The notes beneath the pieces were generated by a model. It was not told where the DNA came from. It ran no database searches and was given only the letters and a program-made list of their open reading frames with translations. A stretch of 64,000 bases of DNA from assembly GCF_009914755.1 (NCBI RefSeq), contig NC_060941.1; one strand, written 5' to 3'. The translations under genes and the position numbers were made by a program. The stretch is from the human T2T-CHM13v2.0 reference genome, Homo sapiens. Shown in pieces: positions 51,242 to 64,000 of this stretch (the first letter of the stretch is position 1; the number at the start of each line of letters is the position of its first letter).

Positions 51242-52728
51242 GGGGAGGGCAGGAGGGTTCTCAAGTGAGGCCTCTGAAACTCAGTGTGTTTCACTCACTT
51301 TTCTTTGGGGAGGATGATCTGACTGATTGGTAAGGCTTCTCAAAATACTGAGGATGTGCACTCCTTGTCATTTTGGCATTTGCTTTTTACCTTTATTATT
51401 ATTACTATTATTTTTAATTTTTTAGAGACACTATCTCGCTCTGTCACCAAGGCTGGAGTGCAGTGGTACAATCCTAGCTCACTACAGCCTTAAACTCCTG
51501 AGCTCAAGTGATCCCCAGCCTCCCGAGTAGCTGGGACTACAGATTGTACCACCATACCCAGCTAATTAAAAAAATTTTTTTTGAAATGGGGGGTTCTCAT
51601 TATGTTGCCCAGGCTGGTCTCGGACTCTTGGGCTCAAGCGACCCTCCCACCTCGGCCTCCAAAGTGCTGGGATTACAGGTGTGAGCCCCTGCGCTGGCCA
51701 GCGCTTTGCCTTTAATCATGACATTTGTTGTTTGTTTTTAATTTTTTACTTCTTATTTAGAAATAATTCCAAATATATATTTTTAAATCACACAAATAAA
51801 AATAGTACAAATAATACCCACCTACCCTTGCTTTATCATTTGTACTTTTACTCTCTCGTGGCCCTTTATGTCTACTTCCTGAAAATCAGCACCTGCCCCT
51901 ATATAGCCACCGTGCAGTTCTCAACTTCAGTCTTTTTGGTATGGACGCCCTGTTTTTATCCAATCCGCCTGTGTTCTGGTTTTCTCATCTGTCCCAGTGA
52001 CTCCTTCACAGCCTTTCCCCCAGCCCAGGGTCGGGCCCTGTGTTCTGCTGTTCCTCTCTTTAGCCACCTTCATTTGGGAACAGCCCACAGCCTTTCTTTG
52101 TCTATTATGAGGTGGCCCTCTTTAAAGCCCCCACCCCTTCCCTTTGATGATAGACGACCTCTCATTTGGGGTTTGTCTTGTGTTTCCCACATGTATACAG
52201 AAATTATGTTCTTTGGCCGGGACCCTGCACAGGGGGTGCTGGCCTGACTCAGGGCATCTCCTCGAGGGCTCTCGAGGTCCTGTCGCCCCTCACAGGGGAC
52301 GTCACACCGTCCACCATTTGTCAAGGTGCAGGCCAATTGCTCTACTGCAGAATGGCTCTTTCTTTTCTTCCCTGCAACTGATAAATATCTCGGGTGTGGG
52401 GCGCTGAGACCAGCAAGCACCCTGCTCCTGGTGGACATTTCCCAGGATGTAGCTGTGGTGACTCTGGCGGGAGCTGGCCCCTACCCTGGGAGCTGTGAAT
52501 GACGACCGTGCCAGTGCTCCACCTTGCTGCTGCCCACGGCCTCTGCCTTCCCTTCTCCCTTGGCTGACTTTGGACCAGGCCAGCCCACTTTGCTGCTGCC
52601 CACGGCCTCTGCCTTCCCTTCTCCCGTGGCTGACTCTGTTCTTGGCGCAGTTCATGGGTTCCTACTCTGCAGGGGTCTGACCTCTCACTGTCCTTAATGA
52701 TTTTGGTCTCAAATGGACCCAGATGTGA

Positions 52729-53212
<484 letters not shown>

Positions 53213-54654
53213 TAGAGAACAAGATGTGGGCGTAGGTGTGTCCATCACTACTAGGGTGTCTTTGCTTCTCAGCCCTTTCAGGGGACAGAGCTAGGAAACA
53301 CACACACATGTATGGACATATACATACACATATGCACACACATACTTGTCTGTGTACACACACATACTCATATGCATGGAAGTATACATATAGTTCACGT
53401 GCATACTTCAGAAATCATGGGTTCTCACCCATACCTCTAATTCCAACCCATGCCCTGCGGCTTTTTCTTGCCTTCTCCTGTTCCGTACGTGTGTGCTCCT
53501 TCCCCAGGGGGAACGCTGCTCCCAGCGTCACCAGCACCTTCAGACCCGTGCTCAGTCCTGCAGCACATCTCAAATCGTTTCAGAATCACTCTGCCCATAC
53601 CACTGCCATTAACAGCCCCGCTAAGACGGGTGCCGGACTTGTTTGTAATTCACCTCCCCCCGCCAGCCAATCTTGCTCAAGGCTGAGGGTTTGTAATCAA
53701 ACACTGTGTTTGTGAGTCACTGTATCTTCGTTCTCTCTGTCCTTGTCTGTCTGTCTCTCTCTTCGTTGTGGTTATGGCGTCTGTTGGAAATAGAATTCGG
53801 TTCATTTGTTCTGGTTCACTTTCAGTCTCATGTTTTCCGGTTCCCTTCCAGCTCTGACTTGATTTTACTTTTTGAATCTGTGGACGGTGACATGCCCAGC
53901 CCAGCTGGACCATTGCAGGAGCTGGGAACTTGCGAATTGACAATGTGCTAACTGGGTGTCGGGAGGGGAGAGTCCAGGTGGAAAGGTCCTTCTTGGCCAC
54001 AGCCCAGGGGTGAGCACCGGCACCCACCCCGACGTGCAGACTTCCCGGGCTTGCCTCACGGGGAAAGTCCTGCCTCCCCAGGGCTGCCACACCCAGGACG
54101 GGAAGAGGGCGGGCCCGTGGCTCGAGCTCCAAGTTTCTCTTGGGCTGCTGTCCAGAGGAAGGAGGCCAGCAGGACCTGGTGGGATAGTCCCTGGAAGGCC
54201 AGGGCCCTGCACACAGACTGCAAGTCAACACAGGAGCTTTGCTGTCTGAACAGCCCCGGTCCCGCGTTCCCAGGCACGTCTACCCCTCCGACCTGACTTT
54301 CCTCTCTCTTACTTCTTACTGATTTCCATGACTCCAAATTCCCTTTCTTGATGTATTTAGCAGAACATGGACAAGCAGGGAAGCCAGGGAGCATGCTGGC
54401 CATCACTGCCGGCTGCTCAGCTGTAGAGATCCAGGAGTTGGTTATCAAGGCCTCTTGGTCTATTCCTGGGACCCTAACCCTGGATGGAGTTCAACCGCGG
54501 TGCCTCATCTATAAGACAGAGCTGAAAGGCCTCTGTCCTCCCAGCCCCAGTTGAATATTTGGGACTATTCATTAGGTGAACCCTTTCGTGGGTTTTTCAG
54601 TCTCGAGGCAGGAAGCCCCCTGAGTGCTAAAAGCATCATTAGGAGGAAGGGTGA

Positions 54655-54981
<327 letters not shown>

Positions 54982-55042
54982 TAAGGTGAGGCTAAGAACA
55001 AGAGATGAAATTTAGTGACTCATCTCACCCACTTTCTCTTTA

Positions 55043-55432
<390 letters not shown>

Positions 55433-56051
55433 TCACAATGCCCGACTTGGTGGGTTTACTGCAGCGACTGTGTTCTGGAGTGGACTTGGCCAATTGTAAA
55501 GCATGGGATTCGCGTTAAGGATGGGGGAAAGAAACCTTTCTGCCTGGAAAGACTCCGCCCTCTGGGCCTCAGGTGCACTGGAGAGAGGGGGGCTCTGAAG
55601 TGGAGCAGTGAGTGAGCAACGACCCTTGGCGTCTCCTCCTCGGCCCCTCTCAGTAGATTGGTATTTATTGAGATATTCCTTCCATAAGCATTCACTGGGC
55701 CCAGGGCACTGGCCATCTTGCAGCCCGGATTGTGTCTCTGTTTATAAGCTCCTTCCTGGGAAGTGAGTGTCAGAGGGGAATGACCTGTCTGCTGGTTTCT
55801 CCCTCGCTGTGAAACTGCCGGTAGATCTGTTGAAGGAGAAGGCTGACCTGGTAAAGGGAGGAACTGGTGTCCTCAGAGGTTGCCAGCTTCCTGTGTTCCT
55901 TCTCCTTGGCCATGAATCTGCACTTTTCCCAGGCATGATGGGTGGCTTTTCCGTGGCTTCTCTCCTGCCCGGTGTAGAGTGGCAAGACTGCATCCGTCCA
56001 CACACCTGACCGTGCAGTTGCCGCCATCTTCTCGGGATTCTGCTTGCCTAG

Positions 56052-56327
<276 letters not shown>

Positions 56328-56670
56328 TAATTTTGCTGAACGAATCTGTCGGCCTGTTCATCTGTCCCTTTGTCAGCGCCACCCTAAGCACCGACTCGCA
56401 CCCCACAGCTAAGACCATGGTCAGGCAGATGCGTGATTCAAACGCAGGGGATTTCAGGGCCCAGGCCCCGGGGAGAGCCAGGGACTTAGGTGAGGAGGGA
56501 ACGGGGAGGAAAGGAGACGGTAGAAGAGAAGAGGACAGGGAGGGAAAATTGTTTTTCTGGGACATTAAAAACGCAAAACACAACTATGCATGCAACATCC
56601 CCTCATTGTTTTAATTCAGACGTAATCAGCCTAAGCAACTTTCTAGATGCACCTCGAAATCTAGCACTTA

Positions 56671-57531
<861 letters not shown>

Positions 57532-57621
57532 TGAATCTTAAGTTTGCACAGCTCAGCGTGGGCCATTTAGTGGATGTCAGATGAGCGCAGGCTAGAAACA
57601 GGGCTCTCCTTCTCTAGCTGA

Positions 57622-57837
<216 letters not shown>

Positions 57838-58825
57838 TGACCCGAGCTGGAGGCCAGGCAGGGGCTGCGGTGACAGTGGGACAGAGCTGGGCTCCAGGGT
57901 GGCCCATGGAGGCACTGGGAGGACAGGCAGGGTCCCAGGCTGGGCCACACGCGGCACCTGCAGAGACGGCCCAGTGTCACTGTGATGAGCGACACACTGG
58001 CTCCCACGCGTGGATGGTGCCGTGAAACCTCGAAGGTGCCCAGTAGACAAGTAGAGTCTGCTTCCATATCATCGAATGGGGAGCTTAGCGGAAGGTTCTG
58101 GAACCTGTGGAGTGTGGTGATGGATGTGGCAGGTGGCGTTTGAAGCTGTCCACAGGCAGCCATTTGCAGTGTAGATGCTGTGTTCCTGAAATGCTTAAAA
58201 GCCCAGCGTCCAAGAGTGGAAAGACAGACCTACATGTAACGGAGGGAGCGTGTTCCCAGAAAGCCAGAATTCTTAGAAAGCCTCTCATTCTGGGCTGGCA
58301 GGCAGCTCCAGCTCCAGGCCCCCGGGGAGGCAAAGGAGCTCCTCCCTCCGCATGCGGAACCCACCCGGCCCTTCCTTCCTTACCCCCTGCATGGCAAGCA
58401 TCCCACACCGACGGTGGAAACACACGTGTGCACGCAGAGAAAAACCCTCCCGGGGCAGGCACCAACAGGCAGGCTGTGCTCATTCTGGGTGTGAGATGAC
58501 GGGTGGATTTTATTTTCTTCTCTAACTGGTTCTACTTGCCTTCCTCCAATTTTCTGTGTGTGTATGTATGTGTGTGTATTATACATTATTCGTAAAACTA
58601 GTAAATCACACATATTCTAAAAGAAATGAAATGCTGTGTGTCCAGCTGGTTTCTTTCAGTCTCTTTGATTGGCAGCGCCTGTGATCCTGTGATGGGCTCG
58701 GAGGACAGGGACACAATTGTTTTCCCTGGAAGCTGACGAGAGGAAACTGCTGGGGAGGGTGAAATGGGTGGTGCTGACCTGGTAGAAACTCCACGGGCCT
58801 CAAAGCGGAACCTTTCCCGAATTAA

Positions 58826-59002
<177 letters not shown>

Positions 59003-59097
59003 TGACCCTCTGGGCCAGCCCAGGGGCCTCTCTGTCAGGACGAAAGTGAGCCTCCTTCCACCCTGTCCCCACAGGGAAGAGGTTGGTACGATTGTGA

Positions 59098-59265
<168 letters not shown>

Positions 59266-59537
59266 TAATTTTTGTGTTTTTAGTAGAGAGGGTTTCAACA
59301 TGTTGGCCAGGCTGGTCTTGAACTCCTGACCTCAAATGATCTGCCAGCCTCAGCCTCCCAAAGTGCTGGGATTACAGGCATGAGCCACCGCACCTGGCCC
59401 TATTGCGAGAGTTTTAAACATCAGAGGTTGATTCTGTCACAGTCCTGGAGCCCAGACATCCAAAGTCAAAGTGCTGACAGGGTACCCGTCTGGAAATCCT
59501 ATTCCCAAAGAAGGTCACATTCACAGCTTGCAGGGTG

Positions 59538-59825
59538 GACATGAGTTTCCAGGGGAACCGATTCAACCTGGCACAGACAGTCCCCAGACATGAGTTTCCA
59601 GGGGATTCAACCTGGCACAGACAGTCCCCAGACATGAGTTTCCAGGGGACCCAATTCGACCTGGCACAGACAGTCCCCAGACATGAGTTTCCAGGGGACC
59701 CGATTCAACCTGGCACAGACAGTCCCCAGACATGAGTTTGCAGGGGACCCGATTCGACCTGGCACAGACAGTCCCCGGACATGAGTTTCCAGGGGACCCG
59801 ATTCAACCTGGCACAGATGGTCCCT
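59538..59825 (+). repeat. 49-bp minisatellite, 6 units (one of 44 bp)
   Basis: gacatgagtttccaggggacccgattcaacctggcacagacagtcccca at 59538, 59587, 59631, 59680, 59729 and 59778. Confidence 0.93.
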
Positions 59826-60924
59826 GGGATGCCGGCCTCACTGTGGTTTCTGGAGCCTCAGGACCCTGGCATCTGTCCTCACCCTTTGGCAAAGTAAAGA
59901 GGTGGTCCCACCATAGTGGGCATGTGGCATGAGGATGCTGGGGGTCAAAGCCCCAGTGCCACAGGATGCCGGGAGCCGGGAGGGAGGGAGGGTGAGAGGC
60001 GGGCGAGGCTGACATCCCTTTGCCATGCCTTGGGGTGGACCTGGTGTTTCCTTCCTGGACCATCCCATCAGTGGCCCAAGAGCAGCAGGCCCAGGCTCAC
60101 CTGCCCCCTGGCCACTCAGAGAGCTGGGGGAGGCCGGGATCTTCCCCAGAACACTGAGTGCACACACGGGGAAGATTTCACAGTCGGTGCTGGGCCTCCC
60201 TGGGCCAGGACAGTCCAAACCTTCAACTGAATCGACTCTCGCATCTGCCTTAACGCCCTCTGTGCCCCCATTCCCCACAGGACAGAGGCCAGCCGTGTTT
60301 CCCTTCCCCAGGGGTGGATTGGGTCAGGGAGGGAAGGGACCTCAGGTGCTCAGAACTGGCTCGCCAGAACACACCATCCTCATTCACCAGCCTCGTGGGC
60401 AACTGACCGATCAGCTGTCCTCCAGCCACTCTCCTCCTGCCCCGGCTTTCTAATCTGGCTGCTCTAGGGGGACTGCCTCCTACTTCATGGGCTCTCTGCG
60501 TGCCACTGCTCTGTTGCTCTCTCTGTCTGGAATGTGCCCCCTGCCCCCAACACACACACACTCCACCTCACTCCTCTGTCCATGCCACTTCCTCCAGAGA
60601 GTCCGCCCTGGCCTCCCTGCCCTGCCCATGTCGCCCACAGCCCTGGAATGCCTCACTCCACCTCACTGGTCCACGGGTGCCCGTTGGTTCCCCCACCCCA
60701 AGGACAGTCCCTGTCCTCAGATGTACATCTGACACTGTCAAAGGACCTGGCACATAGTAGCTACTCCAGGAATACTTATTAGTGAAAGAAGGGGCGGGAT
60801 TCAGACCTACCCCACACATCTGGTGGCCTCAGCGCCTCGCACGTCACATTTGTCAGTGTGCACTCTGAGTGCGGCCTCCCCTCCCTAGTCACTAACTCAA
60901 CCTCTCTGGGCCTCAGTTGCTTTG

Positions 60925-61288
60925 TGCATTAGTTCGTTCTCATGCTGGTGATACCCACATACCTGAGACTGGGTAATTTACAAAGAAAGAAGTTTAATTG
61001 ACTCACAGTTCACAGTTCAGCATGGCTGGGGAGGCCTCAGGAAACTTACAATCATGGCAGAAGGCACCTCTTCGCAGAGCGGCAGGAGAGAGAATGAGTG
61101 CTCAGCAAAGGGGGAAGCCCTTTATAAAACCATCAGATCTTGTGAGAACTCAGTCACTCTCACGAGAACAGCATGGGGGAAACGGACCCCATGATTCAGT
61201 TATCTCCACCTGGTCCCACCTTTGACATGTGGGGATTATTACAATTCAAGGCGAGATTTGAGTGGGAACACACGGCCAAACTATATCA
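60925..61288 (-). mobile_element. THE1/MST-type MaLR solo LTR inserted in a MIR
   Basis: cctgagactgggtaattta..gaggcctcaggaaacttacaatcatggcagaagg..ccaaactatatca; near-TSD ctttg/cttta; MIR-like flanks. Confidence 0.82.
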
Positions 61289-61568
61289 CTTTACATGTAA
61301 AATGGGACAGCAGTGCCACCTTACAGATTTATCGTGAGAACTAAGCCAAGCAGCTAATAGAGCCTGACATACAGCATGTGTCAGTGCTGTGTGCTAATTG
61401 CATGTGACCCCAGTGTCTGGCATACAGCAGGTGCTCAGCGCATGTGACCCCATGTGTGTCCTTCTTTCCCCTCCTGCCTCCTCTCCAGTCAGTTCTCACT
61501 GTGGCTCTCTCTACACCGTGGGGGAGCAAGGGAGGAGTCTCAGGGTGTCCTCGTGCGTGCCCCACTGA

Positions 61569-61733
<165 letters not shown>

Positions 61734-61921
61734 TAGAGCACTGGGGTCCTTCCTGGCACTGGGGTGGCACTGGGGTCCTTCCTGGCAACTCACCAGAGAC
61801 ACCAACCTAGACCTCAGGGCATCTGGGTATTGCAGGCAGCAGCTCCTGCCCTCGAAGCCCCAGAGCTGGCAGGTGCTGGGGGCCAGTGCTTGGGGCGTGG
61901 GGACTCAGAGGGAGCAGGTGA

Positions 61922-62068
<147 letters not shown>

Positions 62069-63354
62069 TGAACCTCCACAGCAGTCCACCTCCCCTGGGC
62101 AGAGCAGGGAGCTGATGAGAAAGCCGGGGCCTCTCTCCAGGGAAAGGGCAGATAGAAGCAGAGCTCAACTTCTGCCCTGGGCCTTGACCTTGGCCTCGAC
62201 CTTGCACTTTGGGAAAGTCCCGCCTGCCAGCCAGCATAAGCCAAAGGCCGGCTGCGCTCTGTCTGCTGGTGTCCTTGTGTTTTTCCCTAGAGCCAGGGGA
62301 GTTGTGTCTGATCCACGCCCTGCTCAGCACCCAGCCCCCTGCTCTGATCTGTAACGCTTGGGCTTCCCAGTGGTTTCAGAAGGCAGCAGGCAGGGTGGCT
62401 TAGTGGTGCCAGGCTGAGGCGAGGCACAGCGTGACATCTACCTGCGGGGAGCATCTCTCCTCTCAGGCGCTGGCCCTGAGGCCTCGCGCTTCTCCTGTGG
62501 CTCATTTCTGTTTGTGATTGGACCGGCCCTCTCTGCTTCCCAAGTCCATGGGCCCGTCATGGGTGGGTGCCTTAATCCTTTCCACCTCGGCACGACCGGC
62601 TCCCAGCCTTGGGCCTTGCACACAGTAGGTGCTTTGCTCCCCATTTGGAATTCACCCCATGGCCACCAGGGGGCGCAAGTGCCCTGCGCTGCCCCTGTGC
62701 CTTCTGTGGGTCGCAGAATCAGAAACCTTCATCTTTGGGGACTCATACACGTTTTTATTTATAATCGTGATAAATCGAGAGAGACCACCCAAGGCATATC
62801 TAAATTAGATGTGAGATGAGAAGGGGGGCTTATTCCTCTTTATTTTTCCTCTGTGAGGATTCTGCGTAATGCCCTGGTTGCATATACTTTTAGTGGAATT
62901 GACCTCAAATACATCCAGAGTACACAGCTCATTTCATTGGCTTTGAATGTGATCCCAATGGGTTTTTGCCTGTGAGCCAGGCCTAGGGAACTCTCAGGTC
63001 TCTGCTGGCCCTGGCTCTGCTGTGTGGTTCACAGAGTGAGACTTGCAGCCGTCGACCCTGGCAGGCTGCTCCCTGGTTCGGGGGCTCACAGGCTGTACAG
63101 TAAAATGCTAGAGCTTGGGAGACCCTGGGGAGCCTCTAGTCCTAGGATTGACAACTCAGAGACCTGCCACCACCAGCTGGGAAGCAGAGGAGTCTGGGGT
63201 AAGGAGCAGGCAGCTGCTGGCCAGTGCCAGTGATTGCGGCCACACAGAAATGCAGGCCTGTGTGGAAATGCAGGCCAGTGTGGAAATGCAGGCCAGTGTG
63301 GAAATGCCGTGTAGTACAGTAGTGCAGGTCTGGGTAGAAATGCAGGTCCATGTT

Positions 63355-64000
<646 letters not shown>

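Noticed and set aside
59538-59825. Repeated GACATG cores as p53/p63 sites
   Set aside because: The flank AGT does not fit RRRCWWGYYY and the half-sites are unpaired.
63158-63350. Possible next CARD14 exon near 63160 and the 18-bp gtggaaatgcaggcca repeat
   Set aside because: Does not encode the expected DLPQLESSLQP continuation and lacks a good acceptor; the repeat is a small degenerate tandem.

Overview
This is human genomic DNA recognisable as the EIF4A3-CARD14 locus (17q25.3). The minus strand carries the complete 12-exon EIF4A3 coding sequence (ATG 13356, stop 1881; exon lengths sum to 1236 nt, 411 aa). Its CpG-island promoter and 5'UTR 18/20-nt repeat (the Richieri-Costa-Pereira syndrome repeat, here a normal 7-unit allele) are also present. 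A ~23 kb intergenic stretch is a nest of ERV LTRs and internal sequence (MER41, LTR7, MER11, MER4-type, LTR8, MST), Alus, L1/L2 and a 5'-only SVA fragment. The plus strand carries the 5' part of CARD14: four probable non-coding exons (one Alu-derived) and ten coding exons (c.1-1594; CARD, coiled-coil, start of linker); the gene runs off the right edge. Most short ORFs in the track are Alu or simple-repeat artefacts. I see no new multi-gene system. The best new leads are regulatory or splicing hypotheses: a solo MER41 LTR with intact tandem STAT GAS sites, a duplicated EIF4A3 exon-6 acceptor that could give an NMD or DEAD-less isoform, and a CARD14 intronic VNTR made of four strong decoy acceptors upstream of a good donor. 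Repeat subfamily names and boundaries are by eye and need RepeatMasker/Dfam confirmation.
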